This document shows, piece after piece, positions 10,415 through 19,934 of a stretch of 64,000 bases of DNA (its first letter is position 1; each line of letters starts with the position of its first letter). The notes under the pieces were generated by a model that did not search any database, was not told the DNA's origin, and was given only the letters and a program-made list of their open reading frames with translations. The DNA is taken from contig JANZKC010000001.1 in NCBI GenBank assembly GCA_025061115.1, positions 640,001-704,000 on the forward strand, in the 5' to 3' direction. Source of the DNA: Candidatus Culexmicrobium cathedralense. Its GTDB lineage: Archaea > Thermoproteota > Methanomethylicia > Culexarchaeales > Culexmicrobiaceae. The position numbers and the translations under genes were made by a program.

Positions 10415-10433
10415 AGCCTCCAACTTGGAGGCT
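10415..10433. promoter_or_regulatory. Perfect 9-bp inverted repeat AGCCTCCAA-C-TTGGAGGCT covering the RBS of the next gene
   Basis: Seen directly in the 26-bp radA/radA-like intergenic gap. Confidence 0.55.
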
Positions 10434-10438
10434 CCAAA

Positions 10439-11176
10439 ATGGCTGAAGCAAAATTCACCAATGCACTAAAGCTACTTGAAATGCAGGTGGGAGCAAAGGC
10501 TTCAACCGGAATAGATGGGCTTGACAATGCCATGGGGGGAATTGAAGCTGGAAAAAGCTACCTAATATACTCCTCCGCCGGAGAAATGGCGGACCTGCTG
10601 GCGCTCAAAATAGCAGTGAATATGCTCAAGCCAATAAGGCGCGGAGGGCTTGGCGGAGCATCAATAATAATTGCATGCAGCAACTACCGAACGGACAGAA
10701 CCATAGTGGACACCTACCTAGTAAGCGACCTAATGAAAGCTGCAGGCCTAGAGCCGGAAGAATACTTCAACAAAATAGCAATCTCAGGATGCTACAACCT
10801 AGAACAGCTGAAATTAACCGCAAAAATGCTTGAAAAGCAGATTAGGAGAATTAAAGCCAAACTAGTAGCACTGCTCCAGCCAATCAAGCTAATCAAAACC
10901 CTGGAAGACATCAAGAGGCTGAATGGAATTTCATGGAGAATAAAGTGCAGCTGCACCAAGCACAGCGCAATCCTCATAGCAACGGCAAAAGCCTCGAAAG
11001 GCAAGGCTGAAGCAGAAATTCCACTGCCAGCAGGATCATACCTAAAACACCTATTCAACGTAATCATATACCTAAAAAGGTCGAAGAAGCCCGAATACGC
11101 CTACGCCTACATCATAAAGCACCCGCTAAAGCCCAAGGTTAGACGGAGCTTCGAGGTGAAATTATGGGAAGACTAA
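10439..11176 (+). CDS. RadA/RecA-fold paralog with degenerate ATPase motifs
   Basis: STGIDGLDNAMGGIEAG entry into the RecA fold and RGGLGG; Walker A replaced by YSSAGEMA, Walker B lacks Asp. Confidence 0.8.
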   Translation: MAEAKFTNALKLLEMQVGAKASTGIDGLDNAMGGIEAGKSYLIYSSAGEMADLLALKIAVNMLKPIRRGGLGGASIIIACSNYRTDRTIVDTYLVSDLMKAAGLEPEEYFNKIAISGCYNLEQLKLTAKMLEKQIRRIKAKLVALLQPIKLIKTLEDIKRLNGISWRIKCSCTKHSAILIATAKASKGKAEAEIPLPAGSYLKHLFNVIIYLKRSKKPEYAYAYIIKHPLKPKVRRSFEVKLWED

Positions 11177-11469
11177 CAATTTCAATTAGAATGAAGCTTG
11201 AAGCAAAAATCATGGAGCTGGAAAATAAATTCAAAAATGCGCTGATCTCCCTAAAGAGGCGAAGAGCCTTTGACAAAATAGTTGAAGCGTGGAGCCGCGA
11301 ACTCCAAGCAATAAGCTACCTAAACTCGCCAACACTAATGGAGTCAATGCTACTGGTAGCAGCAGTAGATAATAGAAGTGAAATCGAAGAGCTGAAGGAG
11401 AAGGTAAAATGGATAGCCGGTAAAGTTGAGAAGCTTAAGGAAGGATTGAAAGGTGAAAAGCGAAGTTGA
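11164..11469 (+). CDS. Small alpha-helical PolB2-associated protein (arCOG07300-like)
   Basis: MGR.T.S.R...F..AL...RRAFD.....ESMLL...coiled coil; overlaps both neighbours. Confidence 0.75.
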   Translation: MGRLTISIRMKLEAKIMELENKFKNALISLKRRRAFDKIVEAWSRELQAISYLNSPTLMESMLLVAAVDNRSEIEELKEKVKWIAGKVEKLKEGLKGEKRS

Positions 11470-13589
11470 AAGGCTACATGATAACGGTGGGCATCCGCGA
11501 CGGCAGCGCATTCATCTGGCTGAAAACTTTAAGCGACAAAGTCGTGAAGATAACTAGAAGCTACAAGCCAGACCTATACGTCAAGCCGACCCGCATGAAT
11601 TTAAGCGAAATATGGAACCTACTTGAAAGAAGCCCCCACATCCACAAGCTAAATCTCGAACTTAAGAAGGTAAACTTCAACTCGAAAAGGAAAATCAAGG
11701 TGATTCACGCCCGCGCTGAAGGAGAGGAAAGCTACAGGATAATTTTAAGGAGGCTATCCGCCCACCCATGCAAACTCTACAACTACGATCTAGCCCACAG
11801 GCAGAAATTAATGTTCGAGCTAAAGGTTCCATGCCTAAACCCAATTGAATACGACAAGCCAAGTGGAGAGTTTAAGGCAATCAACGATGACCTAAACTTG
11901 GAGCCCCCTCCAATAAGCCACCTAAAGCTAGATCTTGAAGTAGCATGCGAGGGGTGGAATCCAAATCCAAAGCGCGATCCAATCAAGCGAATAATCCTAC
12001 AAGCCGAAAACGACCCAATTGTACTGGAGGGAAGTGAAAGTGAAATTCTAACTGAACTTGAAAAGGCAATCAATGAATTCGACCCAGACCTCATAATCAC
12101 ACCCAAAATTGCCGCCAAATACATTAACTGGAGAACCCAAATCAACCAGTTAAATTTAAATCTGGGCAGGGATTCGGCTGGCAGCAATTTGGGAGCAAGC
12201 TATGAGGGAAGAGCAATAATTAATCCAGCCCACTACGAGGAATACGGTCTAGCTGGAATAGCAGAGTTATGCAACTATTCCATGCTTCCACCAGATCTAG
12301 CAGTAAGCTGGCCAGTTGGAAAGCTCGTTGACTCAAGGCAGTGCTACGAAGCAATTAAGAGGAATATGCTGCTCCCACCAGCAAGAAACCCCAACACGGA
12401 CTTCAGATTGCTAAGCCAATTCCATCAAGCCGACCACGGGGGATTAACGCTGAATCCAAAGCCCGGAGTATATGAAAACGTATGCCAACTCGACTTCGAC
12501 TCCCAATACCCCAACATAATAGTCAACTACAACATAAGCTACGAAACAGTGCTCGACACGGGAAAAGTTCTAAGCAAACCAAGGGGATTCCTAGCTGAAA
12601 TAACCGAATACTGGCTAAAGAGAAGACTGCACTTCAAAAGGCAGGCGAAGATGCTTCCGCCGGGAAAACTGAAAACCTATGCAGAGCAGAGGCAGAAGGC
12701 ACTAAAGTCAGTTCTAGTCGTAGTATACGGCTATTCAGGATGCCCATGGAACAGATTCGGCAACGTAAAGTGCTTCGAAGAAATAAACAGAATTTCACGC
12801 AAAATACTAGTGAAGGCACTCAACATCGCTGAGGAATTGGGATTCGAAGTAATCTACGCGGATGTAGACTCAATATACGTGCACAAGCCCAACGCAAACC
12901 TAAGCGACTACGAGCATTTGAGGAGTGAAATTGCAAGCCAAACTGGACTCCCAATATCAATTGAAAACTGGTTTAAATTCATAGCATTCCCACCGCAAAA
13001 ATCAAATCCGAGTCTACCGGCGGTTAAGCGGTACTTCGGCAAACTAATGAACGGCGAAATAGTATTCAAGGGAATTGAAGCCAAACGCTACGACCAGCCA
13101 AAACTCATCAGAGAAGTTCAATTAAAAATGATTGAAGAGTTATTCAAAGCCCAAAGCATACGCGAAGTCAAAGGCAATATCGAGAGGGCTATGAAGGTGC
13201 TGGCAAATGCAGTTAAAGCCCTAAGCGAAGGAAAAATCTCGGCAGAAAAGCTGGTAATCAACAGAATGCTCCACAAACACCCGTTAAAGTACAGGTCGAA
13301 ATTCCCCCACGTAATAGCGGCACTCCAACTAATCCAGCGTGGAGCAAGCATCAAGCCAAGAATGCCAGTAAGCTACATAATCACCAAAGCCAAAAGCAAA
13401 AACCCCTACCTGAAAGTAAATGCAGTAGATCCAGCCAAAGGCAAGTACGACCCGGAAAAATACATTGAAATACTGATAAGCGCAGCAGAAACAATACTCT
13501 CACCCCTAAAAATAAGTAAGGTGCAAATAATCAACTACCTCCAACAGCTCACCCCATTAATTAAGACGCGTAATTACGCGTTAGCCTAA
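11466..13589 (+). CDS. polB2: Family B DNA polymerase, PolB2-type, exonuclease degenerate
   Basis: Motif A LDFDSQYPNII, motif B RQKALKSVLVVVYGYSG, motif C YADVDS, KRYFG, KGIEAKR; gene context typical of PolB2. Confidence 0.88.
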   Translation: MKGYMITVGIRDGSAFIWLKTLSDKVVKITRSYKPDLYVKPTRMNLSEIWNLLERSPHIHKLNLELKKVNFNSKRKIKVIHARAEGEESYRIILRRLSAHPCKLYNYDLAHRQKLMFELKVPCLNPIEYDKPSGEFKAINDDLNLEPPPISHLKLDLEVACEGWNPNPKRDPIKRIILQAENDPIVLEGSESEILTELEKAINEFDPDLIITPKIAAKYINWRTQINQLNLNLGRDSAGSNLGASYEGRAIINPAHYEEYGLAGIAELCNYSMLPPDLAVSWPVGKLVDSRQCYEAIKRNMLLPPARNPNTDFRLLSQFHQADHGGLTLNPKPGVYENVCQLDFDSQYPNIIVNYNISYETVLDTGKVLSKPRGFLAEITEYWLKRRLHFKRQAKMLPPGKLKTYAEQRQKALKSVLVVVYGYSGCPWNRFGNVKCFEEINRISRKILVKALNIAEELGFEVIYADVDSIYVHKPNANLSDYEHLRSEIASQTGLPISIENWFKFIAFPPQKSNPSLPAVKRYFGKLMNGEIVFKGIEAKRYDQPKLIREVQLKMIEELFKAQSIREVKGNIERAMKVLANAVKALSEGKISAEKLVINRMLHKHPLKYRSKFPHVIAALQLIQRGASIKPRMPVSYIITKAKSKNPYLKVNAVDPAKGKYDPEKYIEILISAAETILSPLKISKVQIINYLQQLTPLIKTRNYALA

Positions 13590-13735
13590 ACATGAATCGA
13601 AGAGCACAACCCACTAGGCTGCAAATACAAATATTTGGGAAGAAAGTATCGCCCAAAAACTTACAAGCTTTGCAATCATTAAGCGCTTTATAGAGTTCAC
13701 CGCCATAGCTGAGGTAAACTACAAATGCAGATAAA

Positions 13736-13948
13736 TTGGAAGGTAATAAGGTGAAATATTTGGTTAGCAATGAAGGGTCTTTCACGATATTAGTCGAAAA
13801 AGATGAAGACGGATACTATGTAGCTGAGGTGGCTGAATTACCAGGCTGCCACACCCAAGCAAAAAGCATGAAAGAATTAATGAAAAGAATACGTGAAGCA
13901 ATACAGCTCTACATTGAAGAGCAGACTTCTGAGGATAATTCAAAATAG
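13736..13948 (+). CDS. hicB: HicB family antitoxin (orphan)
   Basis: FTILVEKDEDGYYVAEVAELPGCHTQAK...IREAIQLYIE. Confidence 0.85.
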   Translation: MEGNKVKYLVSNEGSFTILVEKDEDGYYVAEVAELPGCHTQAKSMKELMKRIREAIQLYIEEQTSEDNSK

Positions 13949-13996
13949 GCTCCTAGTAGGCAGCCTTAAGTCTTGAACAATTAATATCTACTTCTG

Positions 13997-14779
13997 GTGA
14001 AGCGCATGGACATGCTGGATGCGATCATGAATAGGCGCACAATCCGCAAATTCAAGTCTAAGCCGGTTCCGGAAGAATTAGTGTTGAAGATAGTTGAGGC
14101 TGGGCAGAGAGCTCCAACAGCATGCTCCCTCCAAACCTACACCATAATCTGGGTTAAAGACGAGGAGAAGAGGAAAGCCCTATGTGAAGCCTGTGGAAAG
14201 CAGCAATTCATCCTGGAGGCGCCTGTAACCCTAACCATATGCGCAGACGTGAGGAAGCTAATTGACATCGCCAAAATAGGTGGAAATGTAACTTCACTTG
14301 AAAGAGGCTATGGATATGCAGTAAAGCTATTCGCAATAATAGATGCAGCATTAGCAGCCGAAAACATGGTCATAGCTGCAGAAGCCCTAGGACTAGGCTC
14401 AGTATTCATTGGAGGGGCACTAGCAAACCCAAAGGTCGTGGAAATACTAAACCTACCAAAAGGAGTGCTGCCCATAAGCCTACTATGCATAGGATATCCG
14501 GATGAAAAGCCGCCCGTAAGGCCGAGGCTCCCATTAGAAGCAGCCCTATTCATAGACGAATACAGGCGGCTAAGCAAAGAACAGCTGGAAAAAGCCGTAA
14601 AAATCATGAATGAAAAACTGGCTGAGGAAGGCTACTACACTAAATACTCGAGAAGACCGCCAGAATTCAGATGGATAGACAACGTGAAGAGAAAATTAGC
14701 TATAAACTTGGAGAGGGAGAAAATCATAGTCGAAACCATGAAGAGACAGGGATACCACCCATACGAGCCAATAGAATGA
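13997..14779 (+). CDS. Nitroreductase family (NfsA-like)
   Basis: RRTIRKF, APTACSLQ, DAALAAENM..AAEALGLGSVFIG, LCIGYP, RPRLP. Confidence 0.92.
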   Translation: MKRMDMLDAIMNRRTIRKFKSKPVPEELVLKIVEAGQRAPTACSLQTYTIIWVKDEEKRKALCEACGKQQFILEAPVTLTICADVRKLIDIAKIGGNVTSLERGYGYAVKLFAIIDAALAAENMVIAAEALGLGSVFIGGALANPKVVEILNLPKGVLPISLLCIGYPDEKPPVRPRLPLEAALFIDEYRRLSKEQLEKAVKIMNEKLAEEGYYTKYSRRPPEFRWIDNVKRKLAINLEREKIIVETMKRQGYHPYEPIE

Positions 14780-14849
14780 AAACTTGAAAATTGCAGGAAA
14801 ATGCGCAATCAACTTCCACATAATTATTTTAGTAGTGGAATTCCACTAT

Positions 14850-15310
14850 TCACGCTCTAATTATAGGCCTTAACTCCGCATTCAGCCTTCTAGCCGCCTC
14901 CCAAGCATTCGAGTCTATTAGGCCGCCAATTATGAGGGGTTTAGGCTCTATGCCAGTCACCTTTTCGTAGGGCCTAGCCTTCCTAAAAAGCTCCGCTACA
15001 TCCCCTTTTAATACCCCCGACTTGACCTCGACAAGTATGTGCACCTCATCCCTCACGACAACACCCCATAAACCATTAATGGATATCCATAAACGAAACC
15101 ATCCTCATCCCTGTAAGCCCACCTCTCAACCTTCGCTACGCCCAATATCTCCTCAACAACATACTTCATAGCCTCCCTCAAGGCTTCCTCAGTGATCACA
15201 CCAAAGCGGTGAGCCACAACCAAAATAAGCCTCCCATCCTCCCTAAACTCCTCTTCTACTCTAGCAAACCTCTCTTCCAACCTTAACTGCCTTTTCTCCA
15301 GCCAACCCAT
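14850..15310 (-). pseudogene. DUF3782/PD-(D/E)XK coiled-coil nuclease, frameshifted
   Basis: Two adjoining frames carry AHRFGVITEEA..DEDGFVYGYP and HILVEVKS..KGDVAEL..YEKVTG. Confidence 0.7.
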
Positions 15311-15558
15311 GACAATAAATTCACCATAATAAATTATATAGCAGAAGCTTCTCTCAGCACCTCATTCAGGCTTGCTGCTTCACAGGAAACTGCATTACCC
15401 TAGATTCCTCCAGATGGCAATGACCAATGCATCGTTAAAAGCATCTTAGATTGAACAGCAGGAGAGAAGTAATGCTAGACTTTATGGATTATGCTGAAGC
15501 GAACCTTAGGTTTCAAACTTAAAATTTATATACAATTTCCAAATAACTGGACTAATCT

Positions 15559-16881
15559 TTGTTGGGGGTGTCTCCAATCGCTTCATTGAGCCGCAACGTC
15601 ATTATCTTGTGTCTCGTTAACTTTCTAGTTATTCTCGGCTTCGGAGCCTTCAACATCATTAGACCCTACCTCGTACTGGCTTTGAAGGGCGTTTTAACCG
15701 AGCTCCCCGAGGAGGTAGCGAGCATCGATGCTGGTGAAGCTGTTGTCGAAATGGGCTTAATGATGAGTGCTTTCATGGCAACCAGGAGCATCATGTCCAT
15801 TGTCGGCGGATGGATTGGCGATGTCATTGAGAGAAAGAAGCTCATAATTCTCGGCTTATCATTATACGTTGTTGTAGGCTTACTCTATGGCATCGTTCCA
15901 TCGATCAACATACTTATCCTTTTAAGGGCGCTACAGGGTGTGGCTTCAGGCCTCGTCTGGCCCGTTGCTGAAGCACTATTAGCCGACACCGTTCCAAGCG
16001 AGTTTAGGGCTAGAGCCATCTCGATATACGTAATGGCCAGCAATATTGCCAGGATAATAGGTCCAAGCATCGGAGTCGTAGCCTACACTTTTGCAGTCCA
16101 CTTCCTGGGATTCAAAGACCCATTAAACGCCTTCAGAACACCTACAGTTCTAATCTCGATTTTCAGCCTGCCAGCCCTAATCGCATCCCTCACGATCAAG
16201 GGCAATGGCGGAGGCAGAATTAGAAGCGGCGGAGGCCTAAGTCTTAGAGATTACTTTAAGGGTTTCAGCCAGCTGGCTGCTAAGGCTAGGAGAAGTTTAA
16301 TTGTAATCTTCATTAATGGCATTTCAAACGGCATTGCCATGGGCATATTCATGTCCATTGCAACTGTCTACGCGATAGAATACATCGTTAAGGATCCAGC
16401 TTTACTTGGAGGATTAATGACCATAGCTTCCATTGCAGGCTTAATCTCAGCCTACCCTGCAAGCTGGCTGAGCGACAAGATAGGTAGAAAGCCCGTGGTG
16501 ATAGCATCCATGATAATCTCCAGAACCTCGATAATCCTCTACCCATTCACCTGGGACTTCACAACTTTAACATTAATATATATTGCAAGGGTTGCAGCCT
16601 TCAACATTTCAAGGCCCGTCATGCAGGCACTTCAAGCAGACATCACGCCGAAAACGATAATGGGCAGAGTCTTCGGGCTTCAACAAGCCTTCTCAAACAT
16701 AGGAATGTTCGTAGGGCCAATAATTGGAAGCTACCTATACTACGAATACAGAAAAACAACGTTTCTCAACATGCCTGGACTAACATTACCATTCATAATA
16801 AGCGGGCTAATAGGATACATAACGCTAATCCTATTCGCCCTCTTCGTATCAGAGCCAGATAAGAAAAATGAAATTCATTAA
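15559..16881 (+). CDS. MFS transporter
   Basis: About 12 TM helices; GWIGDVIERK and WLSDKIGRKP motif A copies. Confidence 0.92.
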   Translation: MLGVSPIASLSRNVIILCLVNFLVILGFGAFNIIRPYLVLALKGVLTELPEEVASIDAGEAVVEMGLMMSAFMATRSIMSIVGGWIGDVIERKKLIILGLSLYVVVGLLYGIVPSINILILLRALQGVASGLVWPVAEALLADTVPSEFRARAISIYVMASNIARIIGPSIGVVAYTFAVHFLGFKDPLNAFRTPTVLISIFSLPALIASLTIKGNGGGRIRSGGGLSLRDYFKGFSQLAAKARRSLIVIFINGISNGIAMGIFMSIATVYAIEYIVKDPALLGGLMTIASIAGLISAYPASWLSDKIGRKPVVIASMIISRTSIILYPFTWDFTTLTLIYIARVAAFNISRPVMQALQADITPKTIMGRVFGLQQAFSNIGMFVGPIIGSYLYYEYRKTTFLNMPGLTLPFIISGLIGYITLILFALFVSEPDKKNEIH

Positions 16882-16912
16882 GCAGTGCACCCCACAATTA
16901 AGTTGAATACTG

Positions 16913-17782
16913 CTATGACTTGACGCTAGCTATGAGCATTGCAGCCACAATTAAGGACGCCCCAACTATTTGGCCGACAGTCATCAACTCCGAAATTAAG
17001 AGGCGCGCCAACATGGCGGCAAATACGGGCTCAAGCAGGAAGATTACAGCTGCGGCCGCAGCACTAACGTACCTCTGACCAATAACTTGCAGTGTGAAAG
17101 CCCCGTTACCGCACACAAGCGCAAGGTAAGTTATGAGCGCTATTAAATCAAGCCTAAAAGGCCCAAGAGACCCAGCCAACAAGTCAGGCACAATAAAGAA
17201 GGTGGCCGGCAGCATCTCGAATAACGTAAATATTATTGGGTCTTCACGGCAGTACCTACTCACCAAAACCAGCTGGGCAGCCCACATCACAGAGCCAAGC
17301 AGCACGAGCAAGTCGCCAAAATTGAACCCCGTGCTGGGCGCCGTAATCATGTACAGTCCAGCAACTGAAAGCGCCAGCGAGATTCCCAGGTAAGGGCTGT
17401 AGGACCTCCTAATGAGGGCTACGTATAGGTGAACGAAGACCACGCTCAACCCAGTAATGAATGCCGAATTAGATGCCATAGTATACCTCGTCCCCCACCC
17501 CTGAAGCCACAACCCAACCGCGTAAGCGACGCCGGCCATCAAGCCGCCCTTAACAGCCACCCAACTAGGCGGCCCACGCCTGCGGAGGTAGTATATGAGG
17601 TAGGGGGTGAGGCCGACAACGGCAATTAAGCTCCTCAGCCAAGTGTAAGTGTACTCGCTCATCTCGGCAATAACTACCTTAATAACTGGAAAGGATGAGC
17701 CCCACAGCAGAGATGTCAGCGCAATAGCCACTACGCCCTTGAACTTGTCAGTATCCATCCGCGCTCTCCCCAAACCAACCAA
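16913..17782 (-). CDS. DMT/EamA family transporter
   Basis: LWGSSFPVIK, SNSAFIT, LEPVFA; about 10 TM helices. Confidence 0.92.
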   Translation of the reverse strand: MVGLGRARMDTDKFKGVVAIALTSLLWGSSFPVIKVVIAEMSEYTYTWLRSLIAVVGLTPYLIYYLRRRGPPSWVAVKGGLMAGVAYAVGLWLQGWGTRYTMASNSAFITGLSVVFVHLYVALIRRSYSPYLGISLALSVAGLYMITAPSTGFNFGDLLVLLGSVMWAAQLVLVSRYCREDPIIFTLFEMLPATFFIVPDLLAGSLGPFRLDLIALITYLALVCGNGAFTLQVIGQRYVSAAAAAVIFLLEPVFAAMLARLLISELMTVGQIVGASLIVAAMLIASVKS

Positions 17783-17987
17783 TTAAGCAATTCCATAATC
17801 CCTAAAAACGTTTACCTGCAACTATTTTGCAGCCGACGCAGTGCATGATGCCCCCAAATTCTCCGCACCTCCAAGCCTTACGTTGCAAACTTCATTGAAG
17901 CGCATTTTAGAAGCATTACAAAATCGGCAGCATTGAGAATTTATTGATGCATAAGGCTTAACTACAATTGGAGCTCAATTCATTTCG

Positions 17988-19043
17988 GTGTTCAAAGTGG
18001 AGGATGAAGTTAAGCTTTTGGCTTCACTCTCAAATGCCTTTGGACCTCCTGGAAGTGAGGATGAAGTACGTGAAATCCTGAGGAGAGAACTTGAAGAGCA
18101 TGCTGATGAGGTTAAGGTGGATAAGCTTGGAAACATATTCTTCCACCACCATGGAAGGGAGGAGTATCCGAGAATAATGATTACGGCGCACATGGATGAA
18201 GTAGCCTACTTGATAACAAACATAGATGAAAACGGATTCCTACGCTTCCACACGCTTGGAGGAATAGTGAGCGGAATAATGCCGGGACAAAGAATACTGC
18301 TGAGAGGAGATAAGGGCTATGTCAGAGGAATTATTGGGACGAAGCCGCCGCACCTCATGAAGCCGGAGGAGAGGGAGAAGGTAATACCGATGGAAGACCT
18401 ATTCATAGACATTGGAGCTGGAAGCAGAAAAGAAGTTGAGGAAAAGGGGATAACCATCGGAAGCACGGGCGTATTTGACGTAGAATTCACGGAGCTAGGA
18501 GGAGGATACCTAATGGGGAAAGCCTTCGACGACAGAGCCGGGTGCACGGTGCTAGTAAAAGTATTCAAGGCATTAAAGGATACGCCATACAACCTAATTG
18601 CCGTAGGAACGGTCCAGGAGGAAGTGGGTTTAAGAGGAGCAAGAACAGCGGCATGGCAGGCATATCCCGACTACGCACTAGCACTGGAAGGAACCTTCGC
18701 CAACGACATACCCGGCGTAAGGGAGGATAGAGTAGCTGCCAAGCTGAAAAGCGGGCCAGTAATAACCATAGTAGATAGAGCAACCATAACACACCCCAAA
18801 ATCCTAAAAACCCTAGTAAGCGTAGCAAAGCAGAAGAACATTCCATTCCAATTCAAGAAGATACCAGCAGGAGGAACAGATGCAGGAGCAATACACCTAA
18901 CAAAGGCAGGAGTGCCAAGCGGAACAGTAGCAGTGCCATGCAGATACATACATGGCCCAGCAGCAATAACCCACATCCAAGACCTAAAGAACACGATTAA
19001 GCTGGTAGAGGAATTCATAAAGGCAATGTCGCAGCAAAAGTAG
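17988..19043 (+). CDS. M42 family aminopeptidase (TET-like)
   Basis: AHMDEV, GKAFDDRAG, QEEVGLRGA, GGTDAG, RYIH. Confidence 0.95.
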   Translation: MFKVEDEVKLLASLSNAFGPPGSEDEVREILRRELEEHADEVKVDKLGNIFFHHHGREEYPRIMITAHMDEVAYLITNIDENGFLRFHTLGGIVSGIMPGQRILLRGDKGYVRGIIGTKPPHLMKPEEREKVIPMEDLFIDIGAGSRKEVEEKGITIGSTGVFDVEFTELGGGYLMGKAFDDRAGCTVLVKVFKALKDTPYNLIAVGTVQEEVGLRGARTAAWQAYPDYALALEGTFANDIPGVREDRVAAKLKSGPVITIVDRATITHPKILKTLVSVAKQKNIPFQFKKIPAGGTDAGAIHLTKAGVPSGTVAVPCRYIHGPAAITHIQDLKNTIKLVEEFIKAMSQQK

Positions 19044-19171
19044 CATAAACGACATTTCGACCACCAACTTTAGATGCAAATGGCAGCAGGAATGTAAATT
19101 GAGGTCAAAGCTCAGCAGCTACAGCACAGTTAATTTGGATGGACGGCAACTTCAATTTAATGGTGAGGCGC

Positions 19172-19891
19172 ATGCCAACCAAGCTCCTCTACATGTATGA
19201 CAGCTATTTGAAGAAATTTAATGCCAAAGTTATAGGAGTTTATGAAAATAAAGTTGTACTTGATCAAACAGCATTCCACCCACTAGCTGGAGGAGTAGCC
19301 AATGACACTGGATACATAATTAAGGAAGGCGAGAAGCACAGAGTAGTTGACGTCCAATTAGATAAGGAGACCGGCGACGTATATCACGTAATTGATGGGG
19401 AAGTGAAGTTAAGCGAAGGAGACGCAGTTGAAGGATTAATTGACTGGGACAGAAGATATAGACTAATGAAATTGCACACCGCAGCCCACCTAATAGCAGC
19501 AGTCCTGTACAACGACTACGGAGCACTAATAACTGGAGGACACGTAGATGTCGAGTATGCCAAAGAAGACTTCAACTTGGAAAAGCCCGATAGGAGGATA
19601 TTTGAAGAAGCAGTCAGGAAAGTTAATGACCTAATTGAAAGGCAATTGCCAGTAAAAATCTACTTCCTAAGCAGGGAAGAAGCAATGAAAATACCGGGGA
19701 TAGTCAAGTTAGCCGAGAGAACGCCGCCGGAAGTAAAGGAACTAAGGATAGTCGAAATATCAGGAGTAGACATTCAAGCCGATGGAGGTCCACACGTAAG
19801 CAACACCAGCGAAATAGGAGAAGTAGTATTACTAAAAGTTCAAAATAAAGGCAAAACCAAGAGAAGAATATACTTTACAGTTAAAGACTAA
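19172..19891 (+). CDS. alaXM: Alanyl-tRNA editing protein AlaX-M
   Basis: LDQTAFHPLAGG, HTAAH, QADGGPHV; ATG at 19172 after GGTGAGG. Confidence 0.92.
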   Translation: MPTKLLYMYDSYLKKFNAKVIGVYENKVVLDQTAFHPLAGGVANDTGYIIKEGEKHRVVDVQLDKETGDVYHVIDGEVKLSEGDAVEGLIDWDRRYRLMKLHTAAHLIAAVLYNDYGALITGGHVDVEYAKEDFNLEKPDRRIFEEAVRKVNDLIERQLPVKIYFLSREEAMKIPGIVKLAERTPPEVKELRIVEISGVDIQADGGPHVSNTSEIGEVVLLKVQNKGKTKRRIYFTVKD

Positions 19892-19934
19892 AATTCACCG
19901 CCAAAACGCTAAGCTCACCTTAATCCCAACACGA

